A stretch of DNA of 64,000 bases, taken from Macrostomum lignano. Taxonomy: Eukaryota. Shown here in pieces: positions 53,492 through 64,000 of this stretch (within the stretch, counting starts at the first letter, position 1; each line of letters begins with the position of its first letter). The stretch lies in the NCBI GenBank assembly GCA_002269645.1, contig NIVC01001061.1:124001-188000 (forward strand), in the 5' to 3' direction. A program made the position numbers and the translations under genes. The notes beneath the pieces were generated by a model. The model had not been told where the DNA came from. It worked only from the letters and a program-made list of their open reading frames with translations, and ran no database searches.

Positions 53492-56263
53492 TCAGTCGGC
53501 TCTGGGAATCTTCACCACTGCCGTTTCCTTGACGCAGTCGGAGTTCTTCGTTGAGGTCAGCGACACAGTGGAGGCTGCGCTCAGCTCTGGCGGCGGCGCC
53601 GCCTCCTCCCTCGGCGTTGACGGCAGCGGCGCCGACGAGACCGGAGGAGGCGGCGGCCGCGGCTGCGTCGGCGGCAGCGGCGCCTGCTGAGCCGGAAGAA
53701 CGACGCCGCCGGTGGACCAGAGGTGGCCGGGATTCACCGAGCTCACGATGGACAAGTAGCCTTCGCCGCCACCGACAATCTGGCGTCGATTTGTCGACGA
53801 CGACGACGAGAGGGCCCGCCCGGTGGTGACCCGCCGGACCCCGGCGGCCGCCGCGGACGCCGACTGCGAAGCTTCTTCGCGCACCGTCGGCGCGGTCAGG
53901 GTGGACACGACCAGGCTGGTGTCCGCCTCCTGATCTCGACGCGGCGAGAAAGTGGCGGCCGCCGGTACCGGGCGAGCCAGCAGCGGCGGAGCGGCTCGCC
54001 GCGGGCGGCTCCCCCGCCTGATCTCCGTTGGCTTCGAGCTGGTCACGGCTTTTGCTGTCCTTGACTTCGACGGCTCCTGAACGGCGTCCCATTCTGGCTG
54101 CGTGTTCGACCTGCGTAGGGAGTCCAGCGACTCAGCAATGGGGACGAGCGAGGCGTAGTCCGAGGCCGTAAGCTCTCATCTCAGTGGCTGTTGCTGCTGC
54201 TGCTGCTGCTGCTGCTGTTGTTGTTTCTGTTGGACAGACGAGCGAGCGCGGAGTCGGCTGAGAATGGCGGCCTCCCTAGCTGACTGCAGCGCGCCCTCGC
54301 CTGCGTGATCGAACTCGACAATTTGACGGCTGCGGCGCTGCGCTTCGAGGTCGGCGGCTTGGGCAGTCGCGGCTGCTGCCTCTTTGGAGCTGGGCTGCGC
54401 TCCGGTGAGCACCGTCTGGGAGCAGTGCGGGGTTGTGGTGCTCTGGCTGCGTGCATCTACGAGCCGCTACTGCAACGCGTGAACTCTGCTCTCTTCACGG
54501 CACCTATTTCTTTGCCCCTCTCACCCTTTCCCCTCTCTCCCGCCCCCTCTCTTCTCTACCATCTCTCCCCTGTACTCTCACCCTCCCCATCGCAACTCTC
54601 TCTCATCTCCCCTCTCTACTCTACCATCTCTCTTCTCTACTCTAGCATCTCCTCTCTCTACTCTCATATGCCATCAATTCCGAAATTAATACAGCAGCAC
54701 TCACAGCCGAAGGATCCGCCAGCTCAGCTGTCCAGCATAGATTTGGTCTGACCAATCTGCCAGCCAGCTCAGGCTCCGCATCCGCTGCAGCTGGCGGCGC
54801 TGTGGCGGGAAATCCGTTGCGCCCGACTAGCGCCAGTCTGGCGCCGGCGCTTACCTGACGCACCGCCACCCCGCCTGTGCGGTTGGGCGTCATGATGTAG
54901 TACGACTCCGGCACCTCCTCAAAGGCCTCGCGGGACTCAACTGTTGAAATCACAGCGCGACGGGCTCGCGGCTTCTCTGCGGACAAGTCTTTGTTCTGTC
55001 GATGCTGGCCGTCTATGATGTCTTTGTCGCTGCCCGTTAGATGAGGCGCAGGCGGCGGCGGCAGCTGGCTGTCCCCGAACCGGGTGATTACCTGAACCGG
55101 TTCGCTAGTCTTTGTTCGCCTTTGGTTTGACCGTTTAGTTCTGTTTGTCTTTGTCGGCTCTACAGTTGTCGATGATCGGGGCACCGCAAGACTCCACTGG
55201 TTTGAAGCCTGTGATGCAAGGATGCAATGTGGAAGAAGCTTAATGTGTGGTAGCAAAACACAGCCATTCTTTATCTTTTCCACGGCGTGATTCCCCTGTC
55301 TTCATTCCCCGTCTTCATTCCCCTGTCTTCATTCCCTGACTTCATTCGCCTGTTTTCATTCCCCTGTCTTCATTCTCCTGTCTTCATTCCCCCGTCTTCA
55401 TTCCCCCGTATTCATTCCCCTGTCTTCATTCCCCCGTCTTCATTCCCCTGTCTTCATTCCCCTGTCTTCATTCCCCTGTCTTCATTCCCCTGTCTTCATT
55501 CCCCAGTCTTCATTCCCCGTCTTCATTCCCCTATTTTCATTCCCCGTCTTCATTCGCCTGACTTCATTCGCCTGACTTCATTCGCCTGTCTTCATTCCCC
55601 TGTCTTCATTCTCCTGTCTTCATCCCCCTGTTTTCATTCCCCCGTCTTCATTCCCCCGTCTTCATTCCCCCGTATTCATTCCCCTGTCTTCATTCCCCTG
55701 TCTTCATTCCCCTGTCTTCATTCCCCCGTCTTCATTCCCCCGTCTTCATTCCCCCGTCTTCATTCCCCGTCTTCATCCCCCTATTTTCATTCCCCCGTCT
55801 TCATTCGCCTGTCTTCATTCCCCTGTCTTCATTCCCCTGACTTCATTCCCCTGTCTTCATTCCCCTGTCTTCATTCCCCTTCATTCCCCTCCCCCCTCAC
55901 CTTCCCCCGATCCGGTCTTGCCGTGGCCGTGTGCAGCCGGCTCAAATCTTCGTCCAGTTGGGCTTCACTCGTCCACCCGTCCGGCAGGCAGAAGGTCCTG
56001 GCCCTGTCCGGGTGCAGCCGCAGATGAGGCGGCAAGGCCAGCTGCTGAGCCGACTCGGCCTTTCCAGCCTCCTTCATCGACGTTGGCGAGCTCCAGTCAG
56101 CAAGGGCTCGAGTATTCCTGGCGGCACTGAACCTGCTGCCGGCTGCTGGGCCTGAGTAGTCAACAGGCTGCGTGAGCAGGCGGTGAGTCATTGTCAGCGA
56201 ACTGATTGAGTCCTGGCGACCTTCGACTACAGCGGCCATAGTAGAGAAGGTCGGGTCTGCCGC
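53492..56263 (-). CDS. Unidentified low-complexity protein; exons 56263-55901, 55091-54855, 54466-53492, with an in-frame TGA at 54176-54178
   Basis: GC-rich coding-like blocks joined by phase-0 GT-AG introns (AAG|GTGAGG, CAG|GTAAGC; acceptors tcag, ttcag, cagtag). No domain recognised. The start is uncertain (ATG 56239 or 56296, or an upstream exon). Confidence 0.5.
55287..55890. repeat. 14-bp minisatellite cccctgtcttcatt (intronic)
   Basis: Direct inspection. Confidence 0.93.
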
Positions 56264-56544
56264 CTGACTAAACTCTGTACTCGTAAATTCTAGCATGCTT
56301 ATTAAGGACTGCTACTCGCTACTGCGGAGGATGGGGTGGCTGTCAGGCAGCAGTCATGGCTACTGTTCTCACCGTGCGTCCCTGCCCCTTACTCTGCTAG
56401 CTCTATCATCATTCAGCTAAACTGCTCAACAGTGAGTACACACTGGTTTTCGTCGTTTAACTTAATTTTCACAAGCCGCTGTGAAAACTGGCTGCCTATT
56501 CAGTGGACAAGTTAGAGAACTGATAGCCCAGATGCGCATTCTGA

Positions 56545-57075
<531 letters not shown>

Positions 57076-57502
57076 GGAAGCAATAGAGTTATTGTTGTCG
57101 ATATTTCCAGTAAGTTTACTCTTCGTCAGTGCAGAATGCGAGTAAATTTTATGTGGCGCGAATTGCTGTCAATATGTTAAGGCGATAACGTCAGGGAGGG
57201 AAAATCGACAAAGGAGAGGGCACAAGCGCATAAACCAGCACGCATGGCCAGTACATTTAAACGAGTCAGAGACTCTGAGAAATGCAGATAGGGTGGCTAA
57301 AATATTACAAGCTGGCCTGTACGACCTTTAAGTGTAAGATAACGATTGAGAAAAGCTAAGTAAGTAGGCAAGGTAAATAAAAAGTTAGTTAATGCTGAGT
57401 AAAGAGTGCAGGTGCACCATACACGGTGAAAGAAATAACCTTTAAATAAAAAAGCAGAGAAAAAATCATCCAAATAAAGCCAATGAAAACACAGAGGAGC
57501 TG

Positions 57503-57906
57503 ACCTCTGTGCAGCTGTAGCTCAGTTGAAGCCGGATGTTCCGATCGAGGGCGTCCAGATGTTGGTGGAACCGGACCAGCTCCGCCTCAGTTCAGCTCCA
57601 CACTCCAAAGACATCGTCGATGTAGCGGAGCCACAGGCTGGGCTTCTGCGGGCTGGTCTCCAGGCCTCTCTGCTCCCATTAGCCCATGTAGATGTTGCTG
57701 TAGCTGGGCGCGAACTATTTCCGAATGGCAGCGCCTTTCACCTGCAGGAAGTATCTGCCGTCGAACTCGAAGTCGTTGCGCTCCAGGTTCAGCTTGAGCA
57801 GGCAGAGTAGTCTGGCGTCCGGGCGCCAGCTGTTCGGGTGCTCCCTGAACGGCGAACGCCCTCCGCACGCACTCGAGACCGGCCTTCGTCGGGATGTTTT
57901 GCAGGC
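57503..57906 (-). mobile_element. Penelope-like reverse transcriptase fragment (pseudogenised)
   Basis: LQNIP..AGLECVRRAF; LERNDFEFDGRYFLQVKGAAI; FAPSYSNIYMG; LWLRYIDDVFGVW. At least three in-frame stops and a frameshift. Confidence 0.85.
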
Positions 57907-58545
57907 AGTGAGAGTGCAAGAGAGAGAGGGGTTAGGAGAAGAGGAAGGAGAGGAGGGAGAGAGAGAGAGAGAGACAGTAAGAGAGAAGCGCAGAGTTCTA
58001 AGTATTTAAAAATGCTTCCAAATTGCAGTGAAATCATTCATGGCCCAGATGAAATACTGGCGTAGCTGCAGTAGAAATTTAGTTTTCGGTTTGGCGTTAA
58101 TTATTACTAAAATTTAGCAAATAACTACCCGCGTTCGAGTCATTGTGCATTGCTTAATCTTGCAATCGAAAAACGTTAGAGCAGTGGATCTAAGCACGTG
58201 TTTGCTGAGTGAGACTGGCAGCTCAGACAAGCACTCAAATCCAACAAAGTTTCATTATACATCGATTCCCACCTCACTCGGAAAGTTTTAGTACGAGCTA
58301 AGACAAACATTCTGTAGCTACTGGTGCGCTTTACTGATTGTTCTTGTCAAATAGATGCAGTCAGCAAAAGCTGACATAACCCCAGACCAAATGCAAGCCA
58401 GTTGCATGTACCACCATAAAAGCTAATGTCATCGACAGATTCGCTCCTTGTATCGCTCCCGATCCGAGCGGTAGGCAAATCCTTTGGACTGGACATATTC
58501 TTCTCTGCTTTTCAAGGTGTCCTCAGATACTGACTGTCTCACAAG

Positions 58546-59310
58546 ATGCTTCTGCCCCAACTGCTTCAGGTCGCTGCTCTGGTCCCTGCGGTGCTGTCCG
58601 AGTCCTGCAGCTCCGCCAGGCTGAAATTCCACCAAACCACCGGACTGGACTGCGTGAGCTCCGACTTCACCAGCACCGTGTCCGGTCTGTGCACTCCGCT
58701 CGAATGCAGCTACGTCTGCGCTAGGAAGGACAAGTGTCAGGCCTTCTCAGTGCTGACAGCTGGCGCCTGTCAGTGCAAGCTGTTCCTGTTCGATGCGTGC
58801 AGTCACCGTGTGCAGTCTGTGCCGAGCTGCACTCACCAGGTGACTGTGTATGTGAGGTCTCTGCCCGGCGTACCTCCGGGTCGCCTGTGTCCGTCCGGAT
58901 ACGAGCACACGAGATACGGCACCTCGTACAAGGTGGTCACGAATGAGTCAGTCAGCTGGGATGTCGCTCAGACGAGATGCCGAGCAGATCCCGGACTGTC
59001 GAAGTTCGCAGACGCCATGGATGCTGCTGAAGTGAGCCACCTGATGCAGCTGCGCCCTGAAGACAAACCAACTGAAAACTTTTTCCTAGGAGGCCGCCAG
59101 ACGACCGCGTTCGAGCCCAAAACCAAAGGCTGGTTCTGGGAAGACTGCGGCAACTCGGTGGACTCCGGGCTTTGGCAGGAAGGTCAGCCGGACTTTGGAT
59201 TCTCATATGCTGGCTGCACGGCTCTGTACCGTTTGTTCTCATCTGGGATTGACGACTTCCCATGCAACTGGAGTTCTAGCTACATCTGCGAGTGCCAGTC
59301 CGGGTTCTGA
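58546..59310 (+). CDS. Secreted PAN/apple-like + C-type lectin protein, copy B (QPD motif)
   Basis: Same architecture as copy A. The first 157 aa differ at 5 positions. CTLD has FLGG, W..GQPD, GIDD.PC and YICEC. Confidence 0.85.
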   Translation: MLLPQLLQVAALVPAVLSESCSSARLKFHQTTGLDCVSSDFTSTVSGLCTPLECSYVCARKDKCQAFSVLTAGACQCKLFLFDACSHRVQSVPSCTHQVTVYVRSLPGVPPGRLCPSGYEHTRYGTSYKVVTNESVSWDVAQTRCRADPGLSKFADAMDAAEVSHLMQLRPEDKPTENFFLGGRQTTAFEPKTKGWFWEDCGNSVDSGLWQEGQPDFGFSYAGCTALYRLFSSGIDDFPCNWSSSYICECQSGF

Positions 59311-59579
59311 ATGCGCTGTCAGCATACTGCAACTGCTGATGCTGATACAGCCTACTGCTGACTACACTACCCATTAAATAGTTATTCCCTCCGCAAAGAT
59401 ACCAACTAGCTCGTAAGTGTGTCAGATGGAATCTGTATTCTTCAAGTGTTGTTCCTTTTTGTTCGTAATCTATGGTACATTGTTAAAATGTAAGGTCTGA
59501 AAAGTTTAAGAAGAACCTTTTTTGAATTGACTAATCTTGGTAGCAAAAATAATGTGTTCGAAAATTCTTGCCGGGCAAT

Positions 59580-59863
59580 TGATTACACCTGCCCCAATCG
59601 GGCAGACCGACAGCTCAGCCGCAGCTATTGCGCGGCGCATCTGAAGACTGCGTACGGCTGTTCAGTCCAAGTACTGGGGGGTCGCCACACACACCCTCAG
59701 TTACCACAGCTAATGCTGGCACCCATTTTACAGCTGGGGAACTGAAGCAATACAGAGTTAAGTGCCTTGCTCATGGACACAAGTTGTTCCGAGTGGATCA
59801 GGAATCGAACCCCCGACCTTTCAGTTGTGAGTCCGACTCTCCAACCACTAAGGCTATAACCCC
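59580..59863 (-). mobile_element. tRNA-derived CORE-SINE
   Basis: Minus strand has an A box TAGCCTTAGTGG and a B box GGTTCGATTCC, then tgtgtccatgagcaaggcacttaactctgtattgcttcagttccccagctgtaaaatggg, which matches the MIR/CORE consensus as recalled. Confidence 0.8.
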
Positions 59864-60145
59864 TTACACCTGTATTGCAAGGCAAACAAGGCAAATACCT
59901 TGTATTGCACGACATTGAAAAGTACATGTTTTTTCACTAGGCCGGATATATTTAGACCAAAATGACAGCGAGCCTCAGATAAAATTATGGTAGAGATTTA
60001 TGGTAAACATGCTCGATAGAGAGAGCGAGCGTTAAAAAAGCCTGCAAGCGCTTACGCAATATAGGAATCTTGTGTATTTGACAAGCCAATGTCCAGTATG
60101 GTCCAAGTTAGTTTATGAGGATGCTCTGTGATCAACTCGCACTGC

Positions 60146-61744
60146 TCAGCGCTTGCCTACCCTGTAGAACAGCCAGTCGTGCGGGATCTGCTTGTGCATC
60201 TGCCTGACGCAGCGAGGACTGCCGGGGGGCCGCCACTGGCCGTTCAGGCAGATGGCGTGGGTGTGGCCACGGAGCGCCATGCCCTTGCCGATGCACTGGA
60301 ACTGGACGAGCTCCTCGTTGTCCGAGGTTGTCTGCGGCCGAGTCCACTGGTTCTTGATGCCCTCCGGCCCGATCAGCCACTTCTCTACTCCGGCCGGCGA
60401 CTCAATCCACGGGCATTTCTCTGCAATTTCGGGCGAAATTTCGGTGAATTTCTTGCTATGCGCGCTTACTGCCGATATAAGTAGGCTGTTTGAGCCATAA
60501 AACACTGCACCAACAACTTAGGCAAATGTACTATTGAAGCTGCGATTCCTATGTTAGCAAATTATATAGCATGCGATAGGAAGAGTGCCTGCGGCGCCAT
60601 CATGAGTGCTTGCAGTGCCAAAATGAGTGTCTGTGGCGTCAAAATGAGTGTCTGTGGCGCCAAAATGAGTGTCTGTGGCGCCAAAAATGAGTGTCTGCGG
60701 TATCAAAATGAGTGTCTGCGGTATCAAAATGAGTGTTTGCGATATCAAAATGAGTGTCTGCGGCGCCAAAAATGAGTGTCTGCCGTATCTAAATGAGTGT
60801 CTGCGGTATCAAAATGAGTGTCTGTGGCGCCAAAATGAGTGTCTGCGGTATCAAAATGAGTGTCTGCGGTATCAAATGAGTGTCTGCGGTATCAAATGAG
60901 TGTCTGCGGTATCAAAATGAGTGTCTGCGGTACCAAAATGAGTGTCTGCGGTACCAAAATGAGTGTCTGCGGTATCAAAATGAGTGTCTGCGGTACAAAA
61001 ATGAGTGTCTGCGGTACCAAAATGAGTGTTGTTGTTGTTGAGCTTTCAAAGCCGACTCACTCTTGGTGCAGACAGGCGGAGTGCCAACCCACCTGCCGTA
61101 GCGACAGGTGAGAACGCTGGACCCTCGAACGGCTTCATAACCAACGTAGCAGGAGTAGATCACCCGGTCATTGTGCTTGGTCCCGTAGAACCTGGCAATG
61201 CCGTTCTTCACCAGTGGAGGCCGGTCGTTGCAGTCCTCTGCAACGATTATTAATCGTTAAGTCAGGGTTTATACACTTCACTTTATGCCCTGTCACACGA
61301 GGAGTGTACATTCCCTGCAACCCCTGATCGGTCCCCAGTCTAGCAGTGGAAGCAAAATCCTCACTGGGCACGCAAGAGGGTATCGCGGTCCAGGTGCCGT
61401 TGTCGCATCTGGGGTACAGAGTCCTCCGCAGCTGGTAGTTCTCGTCGCAGCGCACCCACAGGGTCGTGTCCGAGGGCACTTTGTTCACAGCGGGGGGCCC
61501 GTCTGGCCGGCCGATCAGTGCCTTGCCCCAGGCGATGGTCGGCACCTTGCAGTGGCTGCGGCACTTCGGAGGCGCCGGCACCCAGCGGCCGTCCGTCTGG
61601 CAGATGATCTGACCGCCGTTCTCGCCTTCCAGCTTGGCGTCCGGCAGACAGGTGTACGTGACCCGGGCCTTGTACTTTGTACTGGTCACCTGCAACATGG
61701 AGTAAGAATATCATCATCATCATCATCATCATCACCAGCATCAC

Positions 61745-61779
<35 letters not shown>

Positions 61780-64000
61780 ATTCGCAGCGGGGCACCCAAC
61801 CTGAACCCGGTAGGCGTTGGCCACGAAAGGCGGCGGTCCGCAGTCCTGCACAACACAGCGCGGCACCTCGCCATCCCAGGTGCCGTTCCGGCGGCACATC
61901 CTGCTGGCGGTGCCCACCAGCCGGTAGCCAGCATGGCAGCTGTACTGAACTACGCTATTGACGAAGTTCCAGCCTTTGCTGACCATCCCGTTTGGCGGGT
62001 TGCGCAGGTTCGGGCATTGAATGCCTGCAATGCGGGGATGGTCGCATTCTCATTTTGTAATGTGTCCTGTGTCCTGTGTCCTGTGTCCTGTATACTGTGT
62101 TCTGTGTCCTGTGTCCTGTGTCCTGTGTCCTGTGTCCTGTATACTGTGTTCTGTGTCCTGTGTCCTGTGTCCTGTGTCCTGTGTCCTGTATACTGTGTTC
62201 TGTGTCCTGTGTCCTGTGTCCTGTATTCTGTGTCCTGTGTCCTGAGTCCTGTATTCTGTGTTCTGTGTCCTGTGTCCTGTATCCTGTGTCCTGTGTCCTG
62301 AGTCCTGTGTCCTGTGTCCTGAGTCCTGTGTCCTGTGTCCTGTGTCCTGAGTCCTGTGTCCTGTGTCCTGTGTCCTGTGTCCTGTGTCCTGTGTCCTGTG
62401 TCCTGTGTCCTGTGTCTTTTGTCCTGTATCCTGTGTCCAGTGTCCTGTGTCCTGTGTCTTGTGTCCTGTGTCCTGTGTCCTGTGTCCTGTGTCCTGTGTC
62501 CTGTTTCCTGTTTCCTGTGTCCTGTGTCCTGTATCCTGTGTCTTGTGTCCTGTGTCCTGTATCCTGTGTCCTGTTTCCTGTTTCCTGTTTCCTGTTTCCT
62601 GTTTCCTGTTTCCTGTGTCCTGTGTTCTGTGTCCTGTGTCCTGTCCTGTGTCCTGTGTCCTGTGTCCTGTGTCCTGTGTCCTGTGTCTTTTGTCCTGTAT
62701 CCTGTGTCCAGTGTCCTGTGTCCTGTATTCTGTGTCCTGTGTCCTGTTTCCTGTGTCCTGTGTCCTGCGTTCTATATCCTGTGTTCTGTGTCCTGTGTCC
62801 TGTTTCCTGTGTCCTGTGTCCTGTTTCCTGTGTCCTGTGTCCTGTGTCCTGCGTTCTGTATCCTGTGTCCTGTGTCCTGTTTCCTGTGTCCTGTGTCCTG
62901 TGTCCTGCGTCCTGTGTCCTGTGTCCTGTGTCCTGTGTCCTGTGTCCTGTATTCTGTGACCTGTGTCATGTGTCCTGTATTCTGTGTCCTGTGTCCTGTG
63001 TCCTGCATCCTGTGTCCTGTGTCCTGTATTCTGTGTCCTGTGTCCTGTGTCCTGTGTCCTGTTTCCTGTATTCTGTGTAATGTAGTTTGTGTCCTGTGCC
63101 TGATGATTAGCAAGAGTAGACAGGCGGCCCCTTCATACATGACAAGCTTGCTGCCTTTTATTAAAGGGCAATTGAGCAGCCTTGAGGATAAAGGGAAAAC
63201 AGTACAGCAACCGTAAAGATCCCTTTGCCAGCTCACTTTTGCACTCGGGCACGCTGCCACTCCAGCGTCCGTCGGCATTGCAGGTGCGGACTTGGCCTGT
63301 AATAAAGATGTGGAAAATTTTTCGAATCACACTACTGATTGTTGACAATAGTAGCATGCTGAGAAAATAGTTAACAGATTTTGTCTGGGTCTTACAGTCG
63401 GAAATTTTTTCCGTCTCAGAGCGGCAGGTGAGCCGGTAGCCTTCGAAGCAGAAATATGACACCTTCTGCTGGTAGGTGTAGTTCCAGTTCAGGTGCTTCC
63501 CGTTGGCTGGGTCGCCAGGGTGGCCGCAGCTCACCACTGCGGGCGCCGAAGAGGGAGAGAACGGATGAAGGGGAGATGGGTGAGAGAGGGAGAGAGTGGA
63601 TGAAGGGGAGATGGGTGAGAGAGGGAGAGAGTGGATGAAGGGGAGATGGGTGAGAGAGGGAGAGAACGGATGAAGGGGAGATGGGTGAGAGAGGGAGAGA
63701 ACGGATGAAGGGGATGGGTGAGAGAGGGAGAGAGCAGATGAGCATACAATATGCCTCACCTGAGCACACAATATGCCTCGCCTGAGCACACAATATGCCT
63801 CACCTGAGCACACAATATGCCTCACCTGAGCACACAATATGCCTCACCTGAGCACACAATATGCCTCACCTGAGCACACAATATAGCTCACCTGAGCACA
63901 CAATATGCCTCACATGAGCACACAATATGCCTCACCTGAGCACACAATATCCCTCATATTCCACTGGCCGCGGGTGCAGATGGCAGAGACGGTCAGGTCG
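60146..64000 (-). CDS. 3' part of a secreted multi-CCP (sushi) protein, LEV-9/Hasp-like; exons >64000-63936, 63536-63396, 63296-63237, 62024-61801, 61689-61365, 61237-61061, 60420-60146
   Basis: Successive CCP modules (CGHPGDPANG...YFCFEGY...CNADGRWSGSVPEC; CPNLRNPPNG...YSCHAGYRLVG...CRRNGTWDGEVPRC; and others). Mostly phase-1 GT-AG introns, all phases consistent. HCKVP...VRCDENYQL...CDNGTW..IP.CVP resembles LEV-9/Hasp from memory. The gene continues beyond the window. Confidence 0.78.
60600..61027. repeat. 21-bp minisatellite aaaatgagtgtctgcggtatc (intronic)
   Basis: Direct inspection. Confidence 0.93.
61710..61780. repeat. (CAT)n filling most of a 111-bp intron
   Basis: Direct inspection. 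Confidence 0.9.
62060..63080. repeat. 7-bp repeat (TGTGTCC)n (intronic)
   Basis: Direct inspection. Confidence 0.95.
63545..63735. repeat. Purine-rich ~35-38-bp repeat gagagggagagaacggatgaaggggagatgggtga
   Basis: Direct inspection. Confidence 0.85.
63740..63950 (-). repeat. 22-bp minisatellite made of the exon end plus splice donor (ATATTGTGTGCTCAG|GTGAGGC), ~9 copies
   Basis: Direct inspection; the first unit overlaps the CCP exon ending at 63936. Confidence 0.9.

Noticed and set aside
61361-61961. Poly-Met, poly-Ile and poly-Asp ORFs
   Set aside because: They arise from an intronic (CAT)n microsatellite between two CCP exons.
62076-63278. Cys-rich 200-330-aa ORFs
   Set aside because: Translations of the intronic (TGTGTCC)n repeat; not keratin-associated or metallothionein genes.

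Overview
Eukaryotic (metazoan) genomic DNA with GC-rich spliced exons, canonical GT-AG introns and introns largely filled by minisatellites. The style suggests a free-living flatworm such as Macrostomum, but this is inference and not verifiable here. Genes rebuilt by hand with consistent splice phases: GON4L/YY1AP1-like (minus, 7 exons), TMEM38/TRIC channel (minus, 6 exons), a zf-CW+PWWP ZCWPW-like gene (plus), IDH3 gamma-like (plus, 3 exons), an intronless orphan 7TM receptor, two head-to-head PAN-like + C-type lectin paralogs, an unidentified low-complexity gene between them carrying an in-frame TGA, and the 3' part of a LEV-9/Hasp-like multi-CCP gene. Mobile DNA: a 5'-truncated EN-RT-RNaseH LINE with a 12-bp TSD, a P-element-like transposase exon, Penelope-like fragments (one with a decayed hammerhead), a CORE-SINE, MITE/foldback elements and a degraded LTR-integrase remnant. 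The most notable observations are: (1) the lectin pair is near-identical over 553 bp and then abruptly diverges into EPN versus QPD sugar-binding domains; (2) a minisatellite is built from a real splice donor; (3) CpG-depleted, TpA-rich domains flank a divergent promoter. No prokaryotic features or CRISPR arrays. All coordinates and counts were made by eye.
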